Positions 9,733 to 17,573 of a stretch of 64,000 bases of DNA are shown here, one piece after another; the first letter of the stretch is position 1, and every line of letters starts with the position of its first letter. Made by a program: the position numbers and the translations under genes. The notes under the pieces were generated by a model, which searched no databases, was not told the DNA's origin, and saw only the letters and a list, made by a program, of their open reading frames with translations. This DNA comes from an uncultured Candidatus Saccharibacteria bacterium (lineage in GTDB: Bacteria > Patescibacteriota > Andersenbacteria > UBA10190): contig CAYVFG010000001.1 of the NCBI GenBank assembly GCA_964450915.1, forward strand, positions 1,694 to 65,693. Direction: 5' to 3'.

Positions 9733-10305
9733 ACTAGCAAGAGACTTCTTGCTGCGCGCCAAAGATAACGACAAGAAAGAACACGATACTACGCCAGACG
9801 AACATACACCAGCAAGTCGAAACCTGCCCCAAACGCCACCGTGACATACAATATCGTACGACACTCAAACAAGCTATACTGAATCCAGCAAACCAGCAGA
9901 ACTATTTCTGCCCTCGACAAAACGGCGCCGTAGACGACTTGAATATAGGGTACTGTGCTAAACCAAATACACTAGCAAGGCTTGGCCCTGCTCCTCACGA
10001 AAGACGAGATTACCCCAGCAGACTCAACTTTAGAGTGCAGTGCGATAACACAAGCAAGAAAATTCTTGCTCTCGAGAACGGGGTGCTTTACGCCGGGGTA
10101 CGTAAGCCGACGCCAGGGTAACTTATAACACAAGCGAGCAACTTCTCGCTCTGCACCAAACCAAACTGGAATGTAGGTAACAGTGTCGTAGCGCAGAATA
10201 TCACACAAGCAAGAATAAACTTGCTCACCACTATAGCGGACCGTGCCAGGCATGAGTCCAGTCGACGTGACGAGAGCACATTATAATAGCAAGAGAGTCT
10301 TGCTC
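9733..10305 (-). repeat. Hairpin-unit array 4: 8 units
   Basis: Hairpins 9733-9754, 9808-9829, 9892-9913, 9971-9993, 10049-10073, 10129-10151, 10204-10226, 10287-10305. Confidence 0.7.
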
Positions 10306-10365
10306 ACAAACAATAGTCGAACGGACCGGAACAAACTGCACTAAAGCACGCTTGACGTTAATAAA

Positions 10366-10398
10366 GAAGCGGGCAATTCAGATGAATCACCCGCTTTG
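10366..10398 (-). terminator. Probable terminator after the 312-aa RAMP-like gene
   Basis: aagcgggcaattcagatgaatcacccgctt stem-loop with weak T-tract on the minus strand. Confidence 0.4.
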
Positions 10399-10439
10399 GA
10401 CTGCGCTGCAAAGCAGGTTAGTCAACAGCAGAACAGTAT

Positions 10440-11348
10440 TTACACCAGCGAGATGCCGTATGCCTGCTTGGCAAATGATGTTTGTCGAGGAGTGGAAAAT
10501 CTCCCACCCGACCGAACAAATGGTTCATCAAGCTTTTCGTACGTCACCCGCTCACCAGGTACCAAGAACTGCCGAAGTGGGCGCTTCGGAGCGTCTCGCC
10601 ATCCGACGCGCGCCGTAATCCGCTGATCACCCACGTAGGTGATGATCGTGCCGACACCTCGAGCTTGGTAGAAACTTTCCACCACGCCTTCGTTGTCTTG
10701 AAGATCATGCGGAACTTGCAACTCAGGCTCCTCCACATACTCCGCTCCCGAAGGAATGACGAGTTCTGGACGAACAAGTTGTTCCATCAACATCCAGTCT
10801 GCCAACAAATTGTTGAACGACTGGTGCCGTTCGAGCCGCGGAAATGTTGGTCCGTCTCGATCAACGCATTGCAATCGATCATAGGCAAGTTGAACGGTGA
10901 GAAAGAAGTTGCCGCCTTGCGAGACGACCGCCACCTTCCACACGTTCATAAGATTCGTAGGCGAGCTCCCGTTCAAGACAAGCCCTGCAATGCAGAGCAT
11001 GTTGTTGGGGTAGCTCACGAACGATTCGCCTTGGCCATCGGTGCTGGCTTCGACCGGCATCTTAATGCCGTACACCTTCGATCCAGAAGGAAGTCCGCGA
11101 GCGGCTACTGCCGCTTGCATCTCCTTCTGAAATGGCTTTTTGGGCTCGCCAGGCGCAGCCCAGTCTCGCTGAAGCCTGCACTCGTCGCTGCCTTGTCGGA
11201 TAAATCCGAAGCAAGGAACGCCGGGGTCAACCGTGGCATCCAACACGACATGCCCAGAATAGAGCTTGCCCATGGACCCGTCTTCCGCAACGTCGATCAA
11301 TCGACCTTGCTTGTAGACATTCAGCGTAACACCAGGAATCCGAATCAT
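10440..11348 (-). CDS. RAMP-like protein, ~303 aa (Cas7-like size), paralogous motif to the two ~215-aa proteins
   Basis: YPNNMLCIAGLVLNG motif shared with IPNSMLCGAVVAAL / LPAQMLIAALVTAG; upstream TTGACA-N17-TACAAA promoter; fully antisense ORF 10482-11375 judged to be a shadow. Confidence 0.4.
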   Translation of the reverse strand: MIRIPGVTLNVYKQGRLIDVAEDGSMGKLYSGHVVLDATVDPGVPCFGFIRQGSDECRLQRDWAAPGEPKKPFQKEMQAAVAARGLPSGSKVYGIKMPVEASTDGQGESFVSYPNNMLCIAGLVLNGSSPTNLMNVWKVAVVSQGGNFFLTVQLAYDRLQCVDRDGPTFPRLERHQSFNNLLADWMLMEQLVRPELVIPSGAEYVEEPELQVPHDLQDNEGVVESFYQARGVGTIITYVGDQRITARVGWRDAPKRPLRQFLVPGERVTYEKLDEPFVRSGGRFSTPRQTSFAKQAYGISLV

Positions 11349-11425
11349 GATTCCAACCCTTCTTTTGCAAATTGACAACGATCAACCACACAATCTCGAA
11401 AGGCACTCCCAATCGAGAACATTGC

Positions 11426-11454
11426 TTTGTAGCATGACTTGCATAAAATGTCAA
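11426..11454 (-). promoter_or_regulatory. Sigma70-like promoter (TTGACA-N17-TACAAA) for the 312-aa gene, directly abutting the upstream terminator
   Basis: tgtcaa 11449-11454 and tttgta 11426-11431 on plus. Confidence 0.45.
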
Positions 11455-11488
11455 GAAAAAAAGAAGCGAGAGTAATGAAACTCTCGCT
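11455..11488 (-). terminator. Intrinsic terminator after the 218-aa RAMP-like gene (same hairpin family as 4088-4118)
   Basis: agcgagagtaatgaaactctcgct + T-tract on the minus strand. Confidence 0.6.
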
Positions 11489-11549
11489 ATTTACTTCTCC
11501 TAACGTTGAATTGGGAACAGATAGACGTTTCAAGACACGTCCGAACGAA

Positions 11550-12206
11550 CTAAGCCGCCGCTTTGCCTTCTTCCTTTCCGTCGACCACGATCTTGATGGT
11601 GTTGTCGGATGAAGCGACAGCGTCGTCGTTCCATTCGATGACCCGGAACATTCCGTACGGCCCCTTCTTGTTCGGGCGGAACGATCCGAGTCCCTGGCTG
11701 GTACCGGCGTTGGCGAACAGCTTGAGAACCGAGTCGCGTCCGGCGATCTTTTCGTCGTACGTGAGCTCAACTTCGAACGCCCATTCGTCGCATCGCGGAC
11801 GGACGACGCACACAGCCACGGGACTCGCCGAAGCATTGCTGACGCCTCGCCTGCTGTCGGGAACCCATGTCGGCTCCTTCCCATCCCGACCGTTCGTGAG
11901 GTACAGGTGCTGGCTCGTCACCGTCAAGAAGTCGAACAAAGTCGTGGTCTGCGCTGTCGAGACCTGCTTCTTGCCGAGCTTGACATTGCGACCAGCGGTC
12001 ACCAACGCTGCGATCAGCATCTGTGCCGGCAGGGCGAGCTTACCATCCTTGTCGGTGTAGACCTTTTCCTTGGCCTTTTCCTCTTGAGGACGATCCTTCT
12101 GGAGTTGGAGCCGAACGCCGGTATCGAGGCTTTTGAGCACCTCTTCCGACATCCGATCCATCAACAAAGGGCTGATCCCCACGCACACGCATCGAACTTT
12201 TCGCAT
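11550..12206 (-). CDS. RAMP-like protein (Cas5/Cas6-like size, C-terminal glycine-rich loop), 218 aa
   Basis: AGTSQGLGSFRPNKKGPYGMFRVIEWND loop nearly identical to the 211-aa paralog; LPAQMLIAALVTAGR motif; GGAG RBS. Confidence 0.45.
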   Translation of the reverse strand: MRKVRCVCVGISPLLMDRMSEEVLKSLDTGVRLQLQKDRPQEEKAKEKVYTDKDGKLALPAQMLIAALVTAGRNVKLGKKQVSTAQTTTLFDFLTVTSQHLYLTNGRDGKEPTWVPDSRRGVSNASASPVAVCVVRPRCDEWAFEVELTYDEKIAGRDSVLKLFANAGTSQGLGSFRPNKKGPYGMFRVIEWNDDAVASSDNTIKIVVDGKEEGKAAA

Positions 12207-12303
12207 GGCTGAACTCCAATTCTTCTATTGTAAAGACACGAAACGATTGTTCCATCAAGACCTTTTCTTGCGGAACAAATGACCCTAGCATAATGATAAA
12301 ATC

Positions 12304-12352
12304 TTGTCAATAGCAAAAGAAAAAGACCCCGATGCCACGTGGCAAAGGGGTC
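12304..12352 (-). terminator. Terminator (gacccc...ggggtc + T-tract) with abutting TTGACA -35 box; marks the upstream boundary of the island operons
   Basis: Same terminator-then-promoter architecture as the internal junctions. Confidence 0.45.
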
Positions 12353-12377
12353 AGGGCAAATTCACCCTAAAACATTA

Positions 12378-12560
12378 TTACGACTTCTTGGCATTTTGAG
12401 AAAGATGAGCGTACTTGTTTTGCGCCTTCCCTCTCCTCAAGCGCCTGCTTTTGCGAGTCTCGCCGCCCGGTTTCTTCATCTTCTTGCTGCTGCCGCTTTT
12501 CCCACTTGTACCAGTAAAGTGGGTACTTTTGTGAGAATGCCCACGATTACTACGAGCCAT
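12378..12560 (-). CDS. Small lysine/arginine-rich hypothetical protein (60 aa)
   Basis: MARSNRGHSHKS...; followed by the terminator at 12316-12352; no family recognised. Confidence 0.3.
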   Translation of the reverse strand: MARSNRGHSHKSTHFTGTSGKSGSSKKMKKPGGETRKSRRLRRGKAQNKYAHLSQNAKKS

Positions 12561-12678
12561 TACGATTTCCCTTTCAATTTCGCACTAAGAAAGAACACGT
12601 TAGGATATTATACATATTATCTTAATAACGTCAAGTTGTGTTCGATGCATGTCGGTATACCCTTATATATGAAAAGAG

Positions 12679-13341
12679 GTGATATTTATGAATATACGAA
12701 ACACGTTTATAAAAACTGTCGGATTTGCTCTCGTACTTGTAAGTTCATTTTTACTTGTACCAGTAACGCATGCATCTACAGGATTACTTGATCGCGTACA
12801 TGAAGCGCTCGTTACTGCCAATCTTCCCACTGACCAAAAAACGCAGCAAGCATACGACGTATGCGTTATCAGCGGACACTATACAACATTCGAACAATTG
12901 GTAAACGCAATGAAATGGCAAAAACAACACGGCCATACTATTCCAGATGTAATGAAGTGCATGGACACGAAGAATGTTTGGAAATTCACCGGAGAAGTCA
13001 CAGAAGTAAACAAATGGAAGCTGGAAACAGTTGGTGTTACAAAAAATGGATTGGAAACTCGGCCGAAGTTCGATATTACCAACCATACCGTTGTAAAACA
13101 TGGCGTGCTGTTATTCGATGCAAACTACCAGATGCACTACAACGTGAAGGATGAAATTCGAAGAGGTTCTGCCGTTACCGTATGGGCAACACACAACAAT
13201 GAAGCGCTGATTATCCAGAACAATGCGCCGCACGGACAAGGAGACTATTACGGACACGTTGATTGCCCGTCATGCCAAGTAGACAATACATTTGCCGCAA
13301 CCCCAGATCCGATTATCAACGAATATCACTGCGAAGATTAA
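12679..13341 (+). CDS. Secreted hypothetical protein (signal peptide), paralog of 13480-13896
   Basis: AGAGGTGA RBS; N-terminal hydrophobic signal; C-terminal VTVWATHNNEALIIQNNAPHGQGDYYGHVDCPSCQ shared with the neighbour; terminator follows. Confidence 0.6.
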   Translation: MIFMNIRNTFIKTVGFALVLVSSFLLVPVTHASTGLLDRVHEALVTANLPTDQKTQQAYDVCVISGHYTTFEQLVNAMKWQKQHGHTIPDVMKCMDTKNVWKFTGEVTEVNKWKLETVGVTKNGLETRPKFDITNHTVVKHGVLLFDANYQMHYNVKDEIRRGSAVTVWATHNNEALIIQNNAPHGQGDYYGHVDCPSCQVDNTFAATPDPIINEYHCED

Positions 13342-13363
13342 CTCGAAAGCAACGCATGAAGTA

Positions 13364-13400
13364 TCAATACCCCCGTCATTAGCGGGGGTATTGATTTTTT
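13364..13400 (+). terminator. Rho-independent terminator
   Basis: tcaatacccccgtcattagcgggggtattga + tttttt. Confidence 0.65.
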
Positions 13401-13479
13401 GTCAGCAAATTATAACGCATTGCGTTTGCGAATACTGCCATGATTTGTATGGTGGATATATGAAAGAAGGTGATAGCGT

Positions 13480-13896
13480 ATGAAAACATTACACAAGATA
13501 CGCGCAGTAAGCGCCGCAGTTGCTGTTATTATTTCAATCGCTTTCTTTCAGTTTGCGCGTGCCGCAGACACCACATTTACTCCCGGAACCTGGGTATTTA
13601 CCGGCATGGTAACGGAAGTAAATCAGAACAAGATTGAGTTATTTGGAATGAATGCAAACGGAGTAGAGGCATGGCCAAAATTCAGCATCACGCCCGATAC
13701 TCAAGTAAAAAACGGGGTCTTATTGTTCAATGCAAGCAACGACGTTCGATGGAATGTTCCCAACGAAATCCAGCGAGGATCATCGGTAACAGTATGGGCG
13801 ACCACATCCGGCAAGGCAATGGTTATTAAAAACAATGCTCCGGCAGGCCAAGCAGACTACTACGGACAAGTTGACTGCTCGCATTGCGGCAGTTAA
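13480..13896 (+). CDS. Secreted hypothetical protein, shorter paralog of 12679-13341
   Basis: GAAGGTGA RBS; signal peptide; VTVWATTSGKAMVIKNNAPAGQADYYGQVDCSHCG. Confidence 0.6.
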   Translation: MKTLHKIRAVSAAVAVIISIAFFQFARAADTTFTPGTWVFTGMVTEVNQNKIELFGMNANGVEAWPKFSITPDTQVKNGVLLFNASNDVRWNVPNEIQRGSSVTVWATTSGKAMVIKNNAPAGQADYYGQVDCSHCGS

Positions 13897-14393
13897 AGCT
13901 CTTGATTGATGAGCTGGTCAATATCCAAATACTTGGTCACCATCGCAATTTGACCAGCCTCGTCTTTCAGCCATTGTTCTTGCGGGCGATCGCAATACAA
14001 CTCAATACCATTCCCATCCGGGTCATCGAGATACACGGCTTCCGAAACACCATGATCAGAAGATCCCGTAATCGGATATTTGGCATCTAAAATCCGCTTT
14101 ACCGTTTCGGCAAGCGCTTTTCTCGATGGCAATAAAATCGCAACATGATAGAGCCCCGTATGTCCCATAGGCGCCGGCCCCCCGTCTTTGCTTTCCCACG
14201 TATTAAGCCCAATATGATGATGGTAACCGCCTGCGGACAAAAAGACTGCCTGATCCCCAATGCGCGATTGCACTTCAAACCCCAAAATGTCGCGATAAAA
14301 CTTCAGCGAATTATCGATATTCGACACCTTTAAGTGCACATGCCCGATTGTTGTTTGTGGATCTATACTCATACTCTTGAGTATAGCGCACAA
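13893..14393 (-). CDS. VOC (glyoxalase/bleomycin-resistance/dioxygenase) family protein
   Basis: HVHLKVSNIDNSLKFYRDILGFEV... typical VOC fold motifs. Confidence 0.6.
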   Translation of the reverse strand: MCAILKSMSIDPQTTIGHVHLKVSNIDNSLKFYRDILGFEVQSRIGDQAVFLSAGGYHHHIGLNTWESKDGGPAPMGHTGLYHVAILLPSRKALAETVKRILDAKYPITGSSDHGVSEAVYLDDPDGNGIELYCDRPQEQWLKDEAGQIAMVTKYLDIDQLINQEL

Positions 14394-16205
14394 TTAGCTT
14401 TTCTTGTTTCCTCGCTTGCGCATGTTCTTCTTCAAGTGCATTTTGCGCAGTCGCAAGTTTTTCGGAGTAACCTCCAAAAGATCGTCATCGCCCAAGTATT
14501 CAATACATTCCTCTAAACTCATTGAAACGGGCGTATGATATGCCTCGGAAACTCCTTCACCGGCAGATCGCATATTTGTTAATTGCTTTTCTTTGCAGAT
14601 ATTTACGTCCAAGTCTTCAGCGCGAATATGCTCGCCCACGATCATCCCTTCATACACTTTCACCTGCGGACCGATAAACAATTTTCCGCGACCTTGTGCG
14701 CCAACCAATCCGTACGTTGTGCTTACGCCGTCTTCATGCGCAATCAGTGATCCATGATGGCTCGTTGCAATCTCACCGATATATGGCAAGTATCCATGGA
14801 AGATGGAATTGATAATTCCTTCTCCGCGAGTGTCTGTTAAGTACTCTGCTCGGTATCCGATCAACCCTCGAGTAGACACTAAGAAATGCATGTGCGCAGT
14901 TTTTCCTTCAACGCGCATATCTTTCATTTCTCCTTTGCGCTTTCCCATTTTTTCAATCACCGTACCGGCAGCTTCTTCAGGACATTCGAAATACACATCC
15001 TCGAATGGCTCTTCTTTCTTTCCATCTTTTTCATGGAAAATAACTTGCGGTCGTCCAACTTGGAATTCGTATCCTTCTCGAAGCATTTTTTCAATTAAGA
15101 TTGCCAAATGCAATTCGCCTCGTCCGAACACGGTAAACATTCCATCAGTTCCTTCACTGATTTCAACCTTCAATGCAACGTCAGATAATGTTTCTCGCTC
15201 CAGTCGCGCCTTCAAATGTCGAGCAGTTGAAAACTCTCCTTCTTGTCCGGCAAATGGGGACGTGTTTACAGAAAAGCTCATCTTTACTGTTGGCTCATCG
15301 ATATGAATCAACGGAAGCGCTACCGGATTCGCAAAGTCTGCAATCGTTTCTCCGATTTTTACGGGCTCAATTCCGGCAATGGCAACAATGTCGCCAGGGA
15401 ATACTTCGTCAACTTCTACGCGACCAAGCCCGTCGAATGTCATCACGGTCGAAACTTCAGCCGGTACATGCTCGCCATCGCGAGTGATGCGCATTACTTT
15501 TTGCAGCTTCTTAATGGATCCGCCCATAAGGGGTCCGATTACGATCTGGCCTTTATACGTATCGTATACAGCATTTACTACGAGCAGCTGCATCGGCTTG
15601 TCTGAAACTGCCGGTGCTGGAATATGTTCAATAATTGCATCAAAAATCGGCGTAATATCTTTCATCGCTGAAAGATCCGCCTCTTTGCCTGCCTTGCCGT
15701 TGATGGCAGATGCATACAATACAGGGAAATCGCACTGCTCGTCCGTTGCACCCAAATCGACGAATAATCCGAATGTCTGGTCAAGCACCCACTGTACTCG
15801 CGCTTCCGGTACGTCGATTTTGTTAATCACAACAATCACGCGATGCCCTGCCTCAAGCGCTTTTTTAAGCACAAACTTCGTCTGCGGCATCGGACCGTCT
15901 TTTGCATCTACAAGCAGCAATACGCCGTTTGCCATGCTCATGATGCGCTCTACCTCTCCTCCGAAATCGGCATGGCCGGGAGTGTCGATAATATTAATTT
16001 TGTAGCCCTTGTATTGAACGGCTGCATTCTTTGAGAAAATAGTAATTCCTCGTTCTCGTTCCAATTCGTTGCTATCCATGATTAAGTTGCTCGTATCTTC
16101 TTTTGCACGAAATTCCTCAGACTGCCGGAGAAGAGCATCTACTAATGTAGTTTTGCCATGATCTACGTGAGCGATAATTGCAACGTTTCGAATTTGGATA
16201 GCCAT
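14394..16205 (-). CDS. typA: Translational GTPase TypA/BipA
   Basis: IRNVAIIAHVDHGKTTLVDALL, DTPGHADF, NKIDxP G-domain motifs; ~603 aa; EF-G-like domain order. Confidence 0.9.
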   Translation of the reverse strand: MAIQIRNVAIIAHVDHGKTTLVDALLRQSEEFRAKEDTSNLIMDSNELERERGITIFSKNAAVQYKGYKINIIDTPGHADFGGEVERIMSMANGVLLLVDAKDGPMPQTKFVLKKALEAGHRVIVVINKIDVPEARVQWVLDQTFGLFVDLGATDEQCDFPVLYASAINGKAGKEADLSAMKDITPIFDAIIEHIPAPAVSDKPMQLLVVNAVYDTYKGQIVIGPLMGGSIKKLQKVMRITRDGEHVPAEVSTVMTFDGLGRVEVDEVFPGDIVAIAGIEPVKIGETIADFANPVALPLIHIDEPTVKMSFSVNTSPFAGQEGEFSTARHLKARLERETLSDVALKVEISEGTDGMFTVFGRGELHLAILIEKMLREGYEFQVGRPQVIFHEKDGKKEEPFEDVYFECPEEAAGTVIEKMGKRKGEMKDMRVEGKTAHMHFLVSTRGLIGYRAEYLTDTRGEGIINSIFHGYLPYIGEIATSHHGSLIAHEDGVSTTYGLVGAQGRGKLFIGPQVKVYEGMIVGEHIRAEDLDVNICKEKQLTNMRSAGEGVSEAYHTPVSMSLEECIEYLGDDDLLEVTPKNLRLRKMHLKKNMRKRGNKKS

Positions 16206-16229
16206 AATAATTGGATGTGAATAAAAATC

Positions 16230-17573
16230 TTATAAATGAACTCTCGGTTTGCGAGATGAGGAAGAACGACTGCCATGAGGCTTGCGAGAAAATCCGCTCG
16301 CGTTTCGTGTTCCACTTGGACGGTTACTTCGAGGACCTCGTGAATGGGATTGCGGACGAGCATACTTGAATGTTGCTCTGCGATGTCCTTGCCCAACTCG
16401 GCGATCATCTTCGATGAACATATTGTGCGATGTAACTGCTCGCGCCTTCGGAAGTTCCGGCAATGCGGAGATCGAAAGCTGTGTGCGCACCAATCGTTCA
16501 ATAGCACGAAGCTTGTAGCGCTGATCAGGAGTAATAAATGTTACAGCCTTTCCCTTCAACCCTGCTCGGCCAGTTCGGCCAACTCGATGCACATAATCAT
16601 CAGGGCTTTCCGGCAAATCGTAATTTACCACAAGCTCAATATTTGTTACGTCGATTCCTCGTGCAGCAATGTCCGTTGCAACCAATACTCGGTAATCCCC
16701 AGACTTAAACCCTGCAAGAGAGCGTCGTCGTTGAGATAATGACAAATTGGAATGAATTTCCGCAGTCGTATGCCCCATGTGCTTAATTGCTCGGCAAATT
16801 TTCTTTGCGCCGTACTTTGTTCGAGAAAATACCAATACCGTTCCTTTGAATTCTGCTAATAGCTTATCAAGCATTCGGTCTTTTTGGTCTCGAGAAACTA
16901 AGTAAAAATCCTGATCAACTTGCTCAGATACCGACCCTGCTCGCGCAACCTCAATCCGTACAGGAGTTTTCATGTACTTCGTTGCAATAGCAACAATTTC
17001 TTGCGGCATTGTCGCTGAGAACAATAATGTTTGTCGTTCTTTTGGAACGTGTCGTAAAATTTCGTTAATCTGTGGAGCAAATCCCATATCGAGCATTCGA
17101 TCTGCTTCGTCTAATACAAGTACTCCAATATTGTTAAGCTGTAATTTCTTTTGCTCTAAATGGTCATTAATACGCCCTGGTGTTCCGATAATCACATGAG
17201 GACCCCGCTTTAATGACATGATCTGGTGATACATGGACGCTCCTCCAATAAGTACTGCTGTTCGAATTCCGAATGACTGGCCGATTGTTCGAATGGCTTC
17301 CTCAACCTGAATTGCCAGCTCTCGAGTCGGAAGAATAACAAGCCCCTGCTTCTTATTAGCAGCAAGCTGCTGAATCATAGGAAGAGAGAACGCAAACGTC
17401 TTTCCGGTACCCGTTTGGGCGATACCAATCACGTCTTTGCCTTCAACAGCAACAGGGATTGCCTGCGCCTGAATGGGCGTAGGAGTAGTGAACTTTAATT
17501 TATCTAATACAGCAATAATGCTGGGTTTTAAGCCTAATTCGGCAAATGTTGACATAGTTATATAGTGTGACAT
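16230..17573 (-). CDS. DEAD-box ATP-dependent RNA helicase
   Basis: Q-motif, AQTGTGKT, DEAD, SAT, HRVGRTGRAG motifs; basic R/S-rich C-terminal tail. Confidence 0.9.
   Translation of the reverse strand: MSHYITMSTFAELGLKPSIIAVLDKLKFTTPTPIQAQAIPVAVEGKDVIGIAQTGTGKTFAFSLPMIQQLAANKKQGLVILPTRELAIQVEEAIRTIGQSFGIRTAVLIGGASMYHQIMSLKRGPHVIIGTPGRINDHLEQKKLQLNNIGVLVLDEADRMLDMGFAPQINEILRHVPKERQTLLFSATMPQEIVAIATKYMKTPVRIEVARAGSVSEQVDQDFYLVSRDQKDRMLDKLLAEFKGTVLVFSRTKYGAKKICRAIKHMGHTTAEIHSNLSLSQRRRSLAGFKSGDYRVLVATDIAARGIDVTNIELVVNYDLPESPDDYVHRVGRTGRAGLKGKAVTFITPDQRYKLRAIERLVRTQLSISALPELPKARAVTSHNMFIEDDRRVGQGHRRATFKYARPQSHSRGPRSNRPSGTRNASGFSRKPHGSRSSSSRKPRVHL

Noticed and set aside
3354-10305. Calling the six arrays canonical CRISPR arrays
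   Set aside because: Repeats are only ~22-28 nt, consist almost entirely of a hairpin with highly variable loops, spacer lengths vary from 48 to 66 nt, several inter-hairpin segments are related to each other, and no cas1/cas2 is present. They are annotated as noncanonical CRISPR-like repeat arrays instead.
10482-11375. 297-aa plus-strand ORF as a real gene
   Set aside because: It is completely antisense to the 312-aa minus-strand ORF, which has promoter, RBS, terminator and a motif shared with the neighbouring paralogs. The plus frame is Arg/His-rich and lacks signals, so it is treated as a shadow ORF (kept as a low-interest observation).
14803-16005. Plus-strand ORFs (167, 208 aa) inside typA
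   Set aside because: Antisense to a highly conserved, confidently identified BipA gene; low-complexity Ser/Pro-rich products.
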